NCBI GenBank assembly: GCA_030248215.1 | Contig: JASANG010000273.1 | Span: 558,001-622,000, forward strand | DNA: 64,000 nucleotides | Reading direction: 5' to 3' | Source of the DNA: Enoplolaimus lenunculus | Lineage: Eukaryota | Shown here: positions 1 through 15,100 of the stretch, piece after piece | Layout: the number at the start of each line of letters is the position of its first letter | Numbering within the stretch: the first letter of the stretch is position 1 | Made by a program: the position numbers and the translations under genes | The notes under the pieces: model-generated | The model's input: only the letters and a program-made list of their open reading frames with translations | What the model was told of the DNA's origin: nothing | Database searches by the model: none

Positions 1-173
1 TAAATACTTACAGAACACATTAGCATTATTTGAAACTTTTCGCATTTCGTTTCAAAAATTGCTGTCAGAATATGGAATTTTATAGCTCCGCGGTAAGTAG
101 CCCAAACAAATGTCTAGTAAATTTTTAAAATACAACCAAAAAGCATTCGGTACCAAGAGTTAAAGCTACTAAC

Positions 174-3100
174 CTGCAATTGTTGATCCCGCAAAGTCAA
201 ACAAACAGTATGGTGAACCAACACTAAACAGTCGATTCTCATTTACAGTTCGCTTAAATCGTTCCTCTAATACGCTTTTGACAATGACCAAGTCTTCGGT
301 ACGCCGACACCTGCCAGCTAACAGCAAGTAACCCTACAGCTAATGATAATTAATTAGTAAAATTAACGCGGTAATTCTAGTTCTTAACGAAACATATTAT
401 CGCAAACACTACCTTTAACCATTGTAAATTGACTATCTATACATAGCATTTATGTGTAAAAAACGAAACCCAATACGTAACGTTTTCTCAAAAAATCTCA
501 AAACAATCCGCGAAGACTAAAAATTTATCCCGAATAGTTAAAACTCTCAAAACCATTCAAAAATTATTGCTCAGCTGCTAAACAACATTCACTAACCAAA
601 TTGTGCAATTTGCCACTTGTTCCAATCTTACAGTACTCACCTGATCGGCCAAATACTGATCCCAATCAAAATATGTTTCCGCAGCCGATGTGGCAACACC
701 CGGTTTTCTAGCCTTGACCACATTTCTATCTTTGAGACAATAACGCTGTCCCCACCGAAACAAATCACGCAGTGTCATGTGACTTTCTTTACCTTCAAAC
801 ACGCCACTAGCGCTTCGTTGAATCTTCAATCGTATATACAAGTCTGATCAACTTTCAGATGTTCACATTACCGCTGCAGGCACAGGGTGTCGACCGGATA
901 TCCGGCTCCTGTTTACTATCCGGCAAAAAAACCCGCATCCGGTTCCGGTATCTGGTATAAACCTACCGGATACCGGATTTCGGTGATGGTTTCGTAAATC
1001 TCCAATTATTGCAAATTATGTTGTGAGATGTTATGGTTTCAGTCCCATTACATGTAAGTATACAGTATTGGTTTAAAGCAGTATTTTTTGCATATGGTTA
1101 AGTCAGCGATTCGGATTTTATTATCTAAACAAACCAATTATTTGCAGCTTCACACAATTATTTTCAAGTATTAGGACACGCTCCTTATATAAACGCAATA
1201 TTCCGTTTACTAAAGATAAATTAACTTTACTGACGCATTAACGTGCTAAAATTGATTTATTTAAAAAACACACTATCCGGTTAACATCCGGTTCCAGTAT
1301 AAATCACTACCGGATCCGGTTCCGGTATCCGGTTTTTTGCGATCCGGTCGCACCCTGCACAGGCACCATCACAAAACAATATTCCTGCTACCAGTTTTGG
1401 CTTAATTCCACTTAATATTTTCACTTCTTGAAACCTCTTCAAAATTTTGAATACAAATCGTTGCAAATATATTTTGCATTTGAAACTTCGTATTTCATTG
1501 CTTCCTTTTTGCTGCCTATTCAACCTATAAATTGCAGGTACTGCTTTGTACAATTCGGTGGTGAACAATTTTTTCATAAATCCTGGTTGCTGTAACTATT
1601 CCAACACAAAATTCCATTTTATTTTGTTAAAACGTAGTCCTCGCTACCAGAATTGAGCCCTACCACTACCAACCATCCTATCTCTTTAGCCTGTCTACCT
1701 CATACCCCAAGGAAAGAAACTAACCTGTAAATCCATCAAAACATCTACCATTCGTTTTGCGTACGCAGCCGGCAACTGACAACGTCTTTCAAGTATCACT
1801 TTGAGTTCATCGTGTGGAAATTCATTGAAATTCAACACAACAAAACGGCCGCGAAAAGCTCGTGACAACAGCTTTCGTCCTGAATAAAGACCAGGCGGAT
1901 TTTGAGTTGCGAATAGCGCAAACCGCGGGTGAGCAATAACAGTGTCTTGCGTTTCCGGCACAAATAATTCACGATTGTCGTCAAGCAACTAAAAATAATT
2001 GAACAATTCTTTATCAAAAACCGAAATTCTTGTTATACATAAATTTAAATATATTAATACAATTTCAATTCCGTTATAGTTAAAATGAAATATACTGAAG
2101 TAATAGTAAAGGTCGGGAACAGGTATAACGGAGCTGTCGAACATGAGTAAAGAAGCCAAGGCGCTACTAAGTAATATACTGAGCCGTCTACGTTGAAAAA
2201 CAAAAAAACAACAACAACGACAACAACAACAACAACAACAAGAAGAAGAAGAACAACAACAACAACAACAACAACAACAATACTAACCCTATTGATAGCT
2301 TCTAGTACATCAGGAGGTGCTAGGTTCAGTTCATCAAGAATAATCCAATATCCCAAACGCATGGCGCGAATAAGAGGACCTGAAAATACAGCTACCATCA
2401 AAACGACGGTAAATCCCCGGTGCCTTCCCCTCAGTGTTTCAATTTTCAGCCACCTACCATAAAGAATTAATGAAATCTGGTTTCCACTGTAGCTTTTTGC
2501 CTTCGCTGTGGAGGCTACTAATGCTTTTAGCCACAGTGTACAGAACCTTTACCTGGTGTACGCATGATATATCGAAGCTGCATCACAGCATAGATTAATC
2601 TAAAATTTACCCTCAGTAAAAGTCAATTTTCCGTCCGCACCGGGACTGTACGATCCAATATACTCTTGCAGATCTGTATGTTCGTGATTGTTAATGCGAA
2701 TACACGTATTGCCTGTCTTCGCTGCCAGATACGAAATTAGACTGGTTTTACCAACCGAAGTTTCGCCTTGAAGTACAATCGGAAATCGTCTGAAAACAAA
2801 AAATAGGTCCCGCTATAAAAGCAATACAATGTGCCAATTCCATCGTTAGACGCCTTTGAAACTAAAATATTTTTCCCTGCCAAATTAAAACGTAGTATTA
2901 TCTGGCAAGACCATGGATCCTAAAATATGTTTATTTCAATTAAACCGCTATATTTACTTAGCCAGATCGCACAGATCATCACTTAATAATGTTTTATGAC
3001 AAAGAACCAGTACTGATCGCAACACATATTCAAAATTAAATTTCACTTTTTTACTCGCAAAAAACGTAGCATCAAAACAGATCTCGATTACATTAGATAT

Positions 3101-6100
3101 CAAAGCGGATATAGATTACATCAGAATCGGAACAGCAAATCCATACTGGAATCGGAATAGAACATTTTAAAAGCCCATAATATTCTCTTGCATGGCGAGT
3201 TTTACGATGTATTGGTTTTATGAAATCTTGAGTTAAATTTGTTTCAGTACGTTCCGTGCTGCTTTTGTCATACAAAAAGTTCCCGTGCCCATTTTACCAA
3301 TGTTATCCGCAATTCAATAGAAGCTTCGTTAATGGATAAGCATATGATAACAATAAAGCCGCAAAAGATGACTTAAAAATCTTATTCCGATTTCAATTAA
3401 ACCTGCGATCGATGGATCTAGTTTTGTATAGAAATTCCTACCGAAATCAGAATCAGCCACAATAATTAAAATACTGAGCTAGAACTTACTGCGCGGAACA
3501 CACACGTGCAACGTCACGCAAGTTGCGTTTAACCATGTCAGTCACAATGTAACGCTCATTATCGACTGGTAAATTGTCGCCCGTTGCAATCCAATATCCC
3601 TCGACCAAAATGTACATAAAACAAATTCAAATAACAATGCATATCTGTTGGTTCACAAATCAAAAACTGTGCCATGTTTGTTTATGATATAAGTGCAAGC
3701 TGATGCCGTCTGGCACCGTACAGAATTATCGGACAATCCCATGTAACAATTTGAGACAAAATGTTTCACTGACGGCGCCTCATGACAAGTACAATGCAAC
3801 CCTTATATATAAGACTTCATGACATTTACTTTCTTTTAATTTACTGTAATAACCGTGGTCCAATCTACTTCTACTACGAATCACCCCGTTATGGTTGTTT
3901 GTTTTTGCGTTTTTCTTGCACTGATTGTGATGTCAGATACTTGAAGAAAGAAGCTTAGTGCTCACCAAATACGCTGCGACTGTGGGTAGAACAAAATCTG
4001 CAGTGAATGCCCTTAACTGGGCAAAATGACGAGTCTGAGTTTGGCCATAAGCATATCATATTCTTCAAACAATCATATTCATACATTCTTTTTCACGTGA
4101 CACAAATACATGATATTTTCTTTGAAATCTCAAGATCCTGGCTTCTCCACCGCTTGAAAATTGCCGCCGGGGGGCGTTTCCTGAAGGGCCCCCCAGGAGT
4201 TTCCTGGGGGCAGCTAATTTTGCTGGGGGGTAGTTTTCCTGGGCCCCCCAAGATGATCTGGGGGATCCGGGGGGAGCAGGCTTAAAATTTTGCAAGCCGA
4301 CTTTTTGGACCATTTTTTTATTTTAGATCGTGTTTCCAACTCAACTGAAGATTACTCATCGCTCAACATGACAAAAATTCCCCGCAAACGCTAATAACAA
4401 TAATTTTAACTAATATTACTGACAACTTTACCAGAAGTTGAAAGAAGCACAATTATATAAAATATAGATAATCTATAACTGAAACTGTGATTAACATATA
4501 TTTTATATATTAGTCACAGCTTCAGTTTATTATAAGGCTCAGGCGGGTTGAACTTGTTGCTGCAAGGTACTTTCGAATGCTGTATGCCCTGAAACGGTCT
4601 TTATATAATTGTGCTTTGTTCAGTTCATTATTGAATTGTACTAGTTACTACCGGTATTTGTAACGCTATTAAAAATTATGAGTACTCAGCGTAATATAAA
4701 ATCACATTTTGCCGAATATCCGCCTCAAAAAAGTCCAGGTCTTTATGTTTTAACATTGAAAATTTTTGGCTTAGAAAAGTCCTGAGGGCCCTCAGCAAAA
4801 AAATTTGCTTGTGGGCATTTTGCTGGGGGGCGGCCGAAAATTCGCCGGGGTCCTTTCCTGGGGGCGGCAAAATCTTCGCCGGGGGGGAATGAAAACTTCG
4901 AAAAGTGCTGGGCCCCCCGCTGTGGAGAAGCCAGAGATCTGTAATCGGAGTTGGCCACAATTGTGGTCTATATCAGCGTAAAACCCTAAAGTCAATTACT
5001 CGCTTACTGGATTGTTCCGTTTGAAGGCACAGGTACCGGTTGCGCCAAAACAGATTTTACAGATTGTGGATTTCGGCCAATGATATACGTTGCTATTGTA
5101 CGTTCAACATATTGGTATGAAGCAGTGTCCAACTCGGTCAAAAAACTTAACGTAAAAGCCTAAAATGATGCTATTCAGTGCTAGGGTAAATTCAATCAAT
5201 TTTTTACGGCGTTGTTGCAAATAATGAACAATCCGTTAAAGATTAGTTAGTAACTAAAGTTTAAAAAATTAAAACTAAAGTCTAAAGAGTTTTGCTGCAA
5301 GCCAATTTATTGTCGCAACTTGGGTCCAGTGTGCATTAAATTCCTCACATCTCAAACTATTTGACTTGTTTTTGTAAAACTTAGAACACTAGCAGATTGA
5401 AACGCAAAACAGGTCGTTTATAACATGTTATTTTAGGTTCTGCTTTTATTCCGGTGAAGAAATGGATTCCTACTCAAGTTTCTACTTCCTGTGAAAAGTT
5501 GTTCCTGATGAACCCTAGTAAACTTACAAACAAAATAATATGCATAATCGAATACCCAATTAACTACAAAGCTTTATCAAATGAAATAATCCAGGTAATG
5601 TTATATTTATGTTCGCTTCACCCTTCTACAACTTTATACCATGCGTAAAAGCGAACACAAATGCAATACACTGATTGAACTATAAAGCCCCTTCTATATT
5701 TAGAACCGAGAAATTATGTCCTACCATTTTCTAGAACCTTTGGGATTCAAACGATTACTGCAACCAAGAGTGAATAATGACTCTTCAAGAGTGTGCAACT
5801 AGGCACATTCTGTGTCGAAAAGAATGTACTAGGCACGCGTTGCGTATTTGCCCAACCTTTCCCCTTGTTTAGAGGTGGGAGGGTACAACCGGTGCGAACC
5901 ATGGCACTTTATGTATGCGGTGTCAAACATGCTCCTCTTATAGTTTAATTACCAGTCGTAGTGGGACTACATTTATTGAGCGAAGCTCGAACGCACGCAA
6001 GCAATTAAGGTAATATGCAAATTAGTTATTAGCTAACTATTCATTTATCCATTTTGGAGGTTTTTAAGCAATTTTCTAAGATTTCTCGGACCCAAGAACC

Positions 6101-9100
6101 CTTCAGCCACCCTAATAATTATTGAAGTCATTTTAAAAGTCATTTTTTCTCGTCAATTAAGCAAATATGCAAATTAGCTTTAGCTAAGTATTCGATAATC
6201 GCTTTTAAAGGTTTGTAGACAATTTATTCAGATTCCTCGCACCCGAAAACCCATTATTGCTGAAATTAGATCGCTAGTAACCCTAATAATTAGGGAAACA
6301 TTGTAAAAACGCCTAATTTAGGCTTATCAATTATGCTTATATGCAAATTATCTATTAGCTAACTACTCAATTATCGGTTTTAGACGTTTGTAAACAATTT
6401 ATTCAGATTGCTCGCACCAAAAAACCTTCAGTAAACTGTAATAATTATTGAAATAATTTAAAAAGTCCTAATTTTGTGTTGTCAATTAAGCTAATATGCA
6501 AATTAGCTAACTATTCAATTATCGATTTTGGATGTTTGTAAACAATTTATTCAGATTCCTCGCACCCAAAAACCTTCAGTAAACCCTAATAATTATTGAA
6601 ATAATTTAAAAAGTCCTAGTTTTGTGTTGTCAATTAAGCTAATATGCAAATTAGCTATTAGCTAACTATTCAATTATCGGTTTTGGATGTTTGTAAACTA
6701 TTTATTCAAACTCCTCGCACCTAAAAACCCTTTAGTGCTGAAATTATATTGCTTTTAACCTCAATAATTAGTTAAATATTGTAAAAAGTTCTAATTTAGG
6801 CTTATAAACTATGCTAATATGCATAGCCTGTAGCTAATAAACGGCTTAAAATTTTAAAACCCCAATGCGAGGTTAACACCCCAGGATAATTGGCTTTCAA
6901 ACAAAAAAAGTTTATCAAAATCGGTTCACCCGTTCTTGAGATTCTTTTCGGACGGACGGACATTCACCTATCGACCCCAAGTACAAAACATAAAACGCTT
7001 CGCGAAAAACGCAACGCCGGCTGGTACATTTTGTACCGTGCGGGACCACAAGAGTTGCACACTCTTGTTATCCATTCTTGCTGCAACCAAGAGTGTATAA
7101 TTATAAAAGTGCGGTACTTCTCGGCACATTCTAAGTTACAAGCATAAAGTCGCGCAAGCAATTTACGGATTGCGGCCCCAGGTGCCATCATATAATTTTG
7201 TCGATGACTTATAGTTGAAATACTTAGAGTGTTATCCATTCCTCAATCACGATGGCGATACAATGAATATCGGACCACGTGATACTTTATGCTTAAATTC
7301 AGAGTGTGGCGAAGCGTCATCCTTTGTGAATGTACACTCTTGCTATGCTACGACACAAAATCTTTTGGCCAACTCCCCATAACTTCTACACGCTTACTTC
7401 ATACAAAGAACGCACAATATTTGTGAACGGATTGGTTGCAGCATAACCCAGTGCACGACACAACGTTCGAAGGCTAAAGCCAAAATTAATATTTCAAACC
7501 GCGAAACTCAATTCAAAGAGGTAATTGCAGAGTTTCCGAAATCTTTCTTAACTATAATACTTCAGTAATGCTTAGGTATTTACTAAAATCGTCAATTTAA
7601 GTTAATACTTAACATTTTGAACACAAACACATAAATTGCAATTTTGAGAATGTGCGAACAGAAAGAACCCAATTCTATGCTGCATATGAATTTCGTTGTA
7701 TCTACAATCTCAATTATTCAAAGTTTGCATTGCCAAAATTGTTAGTTTGTGCCACATCAATTTTGATCTGACTTTAGTATTTTCTTAACTAAGTGCTTTT
7801 ACAAACGATAAAATGGTTCTGTAGGTGATTAGCAAACACTTAAGTATCAAGTTGTACATAAGTAGGCTTTCAGAAACCCAGTGAGTGAATGGGCATGACC
7901 ACAAATATTAAGACTGTGCCAAATTTAGCAAGTATGGTTTCTACCTAAAAAATTTTCCTATTACGCATACTTGATTCCTAAGAAACAAAACAGGCGGATT
8001 AGAAGAGCAGCCTATAACGGCTACAAAAGATTTATAACAAAGAGCGCGTACGACATAGATCCTCAACTAACGTCACCAAAGAACTTACCTAAAATGAGGA
8101 TTATGCCCCCAAGAGTCAGAAGTTAATTGGTGCGATTTGTTTTTGAGCAATAAATACAGGTCGACAATTGCTGTGAGTTGACTTGATGACACTGAAAGTC
8201 CTTCTAAATAACTGTGCACCAGTGTTACCAGATCTTCACTGCTGTCTACGTTTGCCACAAATAATTCTGTAAATCTGAAATTATAAACTAATTCAACGCT
8301 TCAGTAATAAATAATGTCGAACTCGAAACTTTAAAACGCAACAGAACCTATGATCGCATAAAAGAGTGCGGCCGGATGTAAAGTTACCGAATACCGGAAA
8401 TCGGAAACCGAATTTTTGACCGGAACAGGATGTGAACAGGATATAGAACAATCTACATTTGTGCACTTTTGGAAGCCTTTGAGTCCCGAGAGTGTATTTG
8501 TTGACTAAATCAACATTAACTGCTAATTTGCATTTTTCATTTTACTTCAGTGTGAAAATCTTAAGCTTCTTGCCGGTCACTCCATACCTACAAGCTATAA
8601 GAAAACAAACCAAGCTTGAAAATTAAGATAGTTACGTTGCGACTTCGGAAGACATTCTAGTTTCGGTTTTGACTACCGAAAAGTTGGTGAAGCCAATTAT
8701 ACTTTTAAGCTCGCTTTTGCTCTTAATAAATTTATTTGAATGCACCGATAGAGCAACCACAAACAAGACGTTCTCACCTTGAGCGAATACCAATTGGTAG
8801 CTCCCGTTTACCCATATCAGTTGCTGGATTCATGCATGCAAACAGCCGAAAATTCTCGTTCAAGTTCATAACTTCAACATCTCTGTAACCATAAAACACT
8901 CTGTTAAAAACTACTATATCAAACCCGTTATACAGCCACAATGTATTCCTTAAATAAATCTTACAACTAGGGACAAATATACAAAACTATTTGTACAAAA
9001 TACAATAAAGTTGCATCGGATGGAGCCACATATTGTTCATACAAAACACATTTTGGAACAGGCCCAAAAACTGCAAATGCTTTATCATTTAAATTGTAAG

Positions 9101-12100
9101 TCGATGTTCGCTTGCGGAAATTCTATCAAACGTAGTAACGACACACGATACAAGAAATTGTTGTGCGCCATGAATGTATGTTGTATGTAAAATATTTCAA
9201 ATTCACCAGTTCACAAATACCAAAATTCAAACGAGCCACTACTAAAGTGTCAAGATTCACGAAGACCAGCACTGCACTACAACAATATCTTTGAATGTTG
9301 AATTATTCCTATAAATCTGCAGCAAAGTTTATCATTCCAATAACCACAAACGACTAACCCTTTATCAGCAAACACAAAACTGCCAGCCCCTCTTGAATCC
9401 AACAGTCCTGTCAGCGAATCCAGCACCTCAGCAGACGCCAAATTGATTTCATCCAACAAAATCCATTTACCTTCTCGCATTGCTCGAACAAGGGGCCCCT
9501 AAAAACTGTTGGCATTAAAACAAGTAGTTTTCGTAATCCGCCCACTATATGCACACACGAAAACTATCGTTTTATTAATACTAACTATGAATGCAGTGAA
9601 ACCCATGAGGCTTCATGGATCCACAACCTAAATCCCAAAACAAATGCAGCTTTTAACCACAAACAAAATTTTAGCACCAATAAAACATACATAAAATATT
9701 TTCTAATTACAAAAAACGCTACAACCAAGCATATAATAATTGTTTTGACATTCAAAAGTTACAAACTAAAACTAAACCCTAAAACTATAAATTATATTAA
9801 CAATTCACTAACAAAATCTCAAAAAAGAACCTTACATCAACAAACGTAAACGCAAGCTCATCATGATTGTTTCGCAAAATTCGGTCAAATTTGCTCAACT
9901 CAGTCGATAGTGATTGCCAATGGCGCCGCATCCGTTTATTTAATCTTGATTTAGTCATCGCAAGTTTGGTCGTGTGACGTAACAGTTCTGCGAGATCGTC
10001 CCATCGGTTTGTAATGTAGCAATTCTAGAAACAACGTCAACAGATATACGTACTTATTTACTTCAAACAACAAACACTAGAGTGAATTTGATGAATCTCC
10101 CAGGTTTATCGCTTTGACTTGAACCTGTGACAAAAAGAATCCATGAACAAAAATTCACTCTACCTGATACAGCTCTCAATTACTACCATGTGCTTGTGGA
10201 CCATAAATAAATTAAATAATATTAACCTCAATATGTCCAATGAATTTTTCATTTTTTGTCATATCAAACGTTTTTCGAAACAAATCGACGTAACGATCTT
10301 TGAACGGCCTCAAAATCACTTTGATGTCTGCTGGCTTATACCTAAATTATAATATTTTGCAAGCTATGCAATTTTGTCAATACTGCACCCTAAATTTCAT
10401 ACAAACCACAGCTACCAGAAGGCCATTTTAAAATGTCATGTTAGCATTAACGTTGTAACGGGTTGCTATCGATATAAGTACTAATCAAAGTCGGTGGCCG
10501 TGTGGGGTGGGGTGGGATCAGCTCACAAGGGAAAACACAGCATCAACCAATCGTAGTGGGACTACATATATTGAGCAACGCTGGAACACACGTGTGCAGT
10601 TAAGCTAACATGCAAATTACTTATTAGCTAACTATTCATTTACTGGTTTTGGAGGTTTGTAAACAATTTATTCAGATTCCTCGCACTCAAAAAATCCTCC
10701 ACTAACCCTAATAATTTGAGAAATAATTTAGAAAACCATTATTTTGGTTTATCAATTAAGCAAATATGAAAATTACCTATTCGTTTGTAGAGAATTTATT
10801 CAGATTCCTCGCACCCAAAAACCCATTATGGCTGAAATTAGATTGCTTGTAACCCTAATAATTAGTGAAATATTGCAAAAAACGCCTAATTTAAGCTTAT
10901 CAATTATGCTAATTTGCACGGTTTTAGACGTTTGTAAACAATTTATTTAGATTCCTCTCACCTAAAAACCTTCAATAAACCCTAATAATTATTGAAATAA
11001 TGTAAAAAGTCCTAGTTTTGTCTTGTATTAAGCTACTATGCAAATTAGCTATTAGCTAACTATTCAATTATCGGTTTTGGAGGATTATAAACATTTATTC
11101 AAATTCCTCGAACCTAAAAACCCTTTAGTGCTGAAATTATATTGCTTTTAACCTTAATAATTAGTTAAATATTGTAAAAAGTCCTAATTTAGGCTTATAA
11201 ACTATGCTAATATGCAAATTATCTATTAGCTAACTACTCAATTATCGGTTTTGGAGGTTTGTAAACAGTCTATGCAGATTCCTCTTACCCAAAACCCCTT
11301 TAATGTTGAAATTAGATTGCTTCTAACTGTAATAATTGGTAAAATAATGTAGAAAGTCCTGATTTATGCTTAATTAATTATGCAAATTAGCCTGTAGCTA
11401 ATAAACGGCTTAAAATTTTAAAACCTCAATATGAGGTTAACACCCCCAGTATAATTGGCTTTCAAACAAAAAACTTTATCAAAATCGGTTCAGTCGTTCC
11501 TGAGATTCTTTTCGGACGGACAGACGGACAGACAGACAAACGAAGAGACGGAATGGACATCCACCTTTCGACCCTAGACTACAAAACATAAAACGCTTCT
11601 TCGCTCGGAGTTTCGCTTCGCTCAATCAAATACAATTAGAACTGCGGTCTGTCTCAGTGCCAAAGTAGCGACAACTCACCCGCCAATCAAATCCGATATC
11701 TCCGTTTGTTGACTCAAATTGCAAACGGTCAACCGTTGGCCTAAAATGCAAGCAGCGAGACATTTCGATCCGTGATGACTTAGAACTCATCTATGACAAT
11801 GTAGTTCAACAATCCCGGACTAAAACTAAAATCGAAACCCTTCCCTGAATAAAAAAACTATACACAATTTTGTCTTGACTTCGCTATACTACAAGGCATA
11901 TTTCTGACGACGGTGCCCCAATATCTTTTACAACTCTTTGCTATAACGATGTTGTTTGAAAATCAATTCTTCTGGCACATTAGAGTTCAGAGCTTACCTA
12001 GCGAATTTGCCAAATACTGAACTACACTCGTTTTACCGCATCCCGTTTCCCCGACTAGTAGTACAGGTTCGCAGTTACGAATACAGGCTGCAATACGCTC

Positions 12101-15100
12101 CAGGCAGACGCATGCCACTCGAGTAAATGCAAACTTCGAATGTTGTCTAAAATACAAGAAAAACATGCAAAAAACACACAAAGCACACTTACTAAATTAC
12201 ATATTATATTCTAATTACAACCACAGCGTATAGATTTAATACATAAAAACAAATTTTAAACATTCTCTCAGAAATTTCGGCCTCAGAAGCCGAACAGCGT
12301 ATAAAAAGGACAAAACAGCCACCAAAATAGCAAACCCTGCTTGCCAGTTAACCTCAGGAACCCAGCTTGCGAGTTAACTTCAGAAACCCATAAACAAAAC
12401 AAAATGTAAATACAAAAAATTAAACCGAAAGATCGGTAAAAACACTTACGGACGAAAAAGTTGATTCGACCGTTGCAAACTCACGCGTCCAACTTCGAGC
12501 AAATGATCTGTGATTTTAATGTCAGGTTTGTAATTATCAACATAAAACGTTGCCTGTCACAAAAATGATTTTAAAACGACAATTTATTTTTGTTTCAAAC
12601 CGGAGTCAGGTTAAAACTACGTTTGAAACGATATTCGAATTAGTGAGAGAAATTTTCCTGAAAATAAAAAGCATTCTTTTAATCATCGGCCTTTTCAGAA
12701 ACAAGTTTTTAATTTGACCCTACTTGACAGAAAGTAGTAAACGCTATTAACACCTGAGCGGCGGGTCATACGGAATTGAGAAAGAATTTTCAACCGGGGA
12801 CAACTCCGTTCGCAACTGGGGCAAAACCTTGAGAAAGGGGGAGTAATTCTAACGGCAAAAATCTATTTTAACCACGCCTGATCTCTCGTATATGCCTTAA
12901 AAATGTTTAACTGGAGGCAAAAGCTTCATTCGAGGTAGGTTGAACCAGGAGGCAAATTGAGTTTGAAACCCGCGCAAATTCCAGCTGAAACTTCTTGCTA
13001 CAAACACTACTTGTACTAAGGCAGCTGAAACCAAATTTTGATCTGTTAAACTTAATATACTGGACAACACCAAATCCTCGAATACCTTATCTTGCGTGAC
13101 ATTCATCTGCGATGCTAACTCTTGAGCAATCGCCAGCTGCTCGCCAACAGTCGAACAGTAAGCTCCAAAACACTCATATGCTTCAATGAATGCAAACCAA
13201 GCATTATCAACTGAATCTAGCTGATTAAGCCGTTCGCACCATTTTGCGAAACTTCTGAAATAAAAACAAGTTTGAACAAGATCGCTACTTGCAGCTCAAA
13301 AATCGTTCCCCTCCAAGGTTAACTCTACGCAGAATACCACGATATCCTTACCCTGTCATGTCTAATACATGGTTCAAAAGCAGGTGAGTTCAATATTGCC
13401 TCTAAATAACTGCACCTCAAGCTGTCACATGAAAAAATGCCCAACGAAATGAATAGCTTTGTATTTAACCATACCGTGCACGTCGGAAATTGTTTTTTGT
13501 ATCCACAAGTAAGTCCAAACAAAAGTTATTGACTGGTGTGAAAGAAACTTCTCGTGACGCAAGCAGAGTGCAATCCAACATGATAATGAGTGTTTGTATG
13601 TTACAGTGATATGCAACTCCACGAAATGCCACATACAACCTTTCACGAAAATTTCTGTAAGGCGTTAAAGGTTAATACATGGGTTTACATCCATGCCTGC
13701 TAACACCACCATTTCCTGCACTATTTTACACTTACGATGACGAAATCAACCGGTGGCTTATAGCAGTTGATATGTTAGCATCTCTATTCACAAGCACTTC
13801 AAACGCAATTGCTAAACGTTCAGAAATCGAACTCAACTTTGGAAACTTATGATTCACAATCTAAAAGAAAAAACATAACCGTCAACCAAGTTTTTTCTGC
13901 TACTTATAACACAAACGTTAAGCCAGTTAATTTCATTCCTTTCGCAACAAAGTATAGTATAATCTTACAGTCTTCCATAATGCAAACGAAATTCCGATTG
14001 AAAATTGGTTCTTTTGTTTCGTTTGCTGTTTTGTTTTTATCTTATGCTTCTCAATAATTCTGCTGTTATTATCTTATGCTTCGCAATAATTCCGCTATCA
14101 ATTGCGAATAACGCAGAAGAAAACACTGCGAAACAAATATATTTGATTAGCACATCTATCTATCTATAGAAGCCTTCCCCTATAATTACAAATCGGTTCT
14201 GCAATTTTCACATTTGCACATCTTCAGCAGACTTACCTTAACCAAATCATCTCTCGAAAACTGTTCTAACTGAATATGAATCCAATTTTTGTCTAGTAAA
14301 ACTTGCATCGCGCGTGAAATGGAGTTGGAAGAATTGGCGTATGTTCTACAAATATGCAAAATATTACGTACGCAATCAGCTATATAGCCCTCATATTTAA
14401 GCCTAACTATTACACACAGCCATTAAGCCAAATCTAAAACTGAATGTTAAAGCTTAGTTGTATAGAAGTGTTTAAAGAAAAGTTACGTTATATTTAAACT
14501 TTCGAAGAGGCGTTCATATGTTACAGAGTACACCCGAACTGAAAGTCTGTCACAACTCCAAACAAAAATAGCACGAGCTGTTCGACCCCTATTCCACCTG
14601 ACTACCGCATAACATACACATTCAATCGAAACAATATTGAACAAAATATTTCAATTTGAATTTCAAATTTCAAAATACTAATTTATATATGAACCAACCT
14701 CATTGTCACGATAAGCTGAAATCCAGACGCTGGTTGCACCTGCTCACGTCCCATGATCGTTACTGTTCCGGTCTCTACGACGCTTACAAGAAGCGAAAGA
14801 ACATCAGGCGCAGCGGCATCAATATCTTCAAGAATCAGCCAACCTCCTGCTTTCAGCGCTTGCACTAGCAACCCGTCGATCCATTCAAATTGACCAGCAG
14901 TGTCAGTGCAGTGATACGCACCAATGAGAGTCTACAACCAAACACAGTGACGGGTTATTAGAAAAATTAAATGCCAAAACAACAAAGAAATGAACTTTAA
15001 AATCTGACTCAAAATACCTTAAAATCCGACGGAATACCTTTATCTTTAAACAGTAAAAAATTTTCGCTTTTCAACACAAAAACTCATTGACATCGAAAAG

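Noticed and set aside
2054..2462. Poly-Val and poly-Thr ORFs
   Set aside because: Read-through of an intronic trinucleotide microsatellite; only 2288-2379 is coding.
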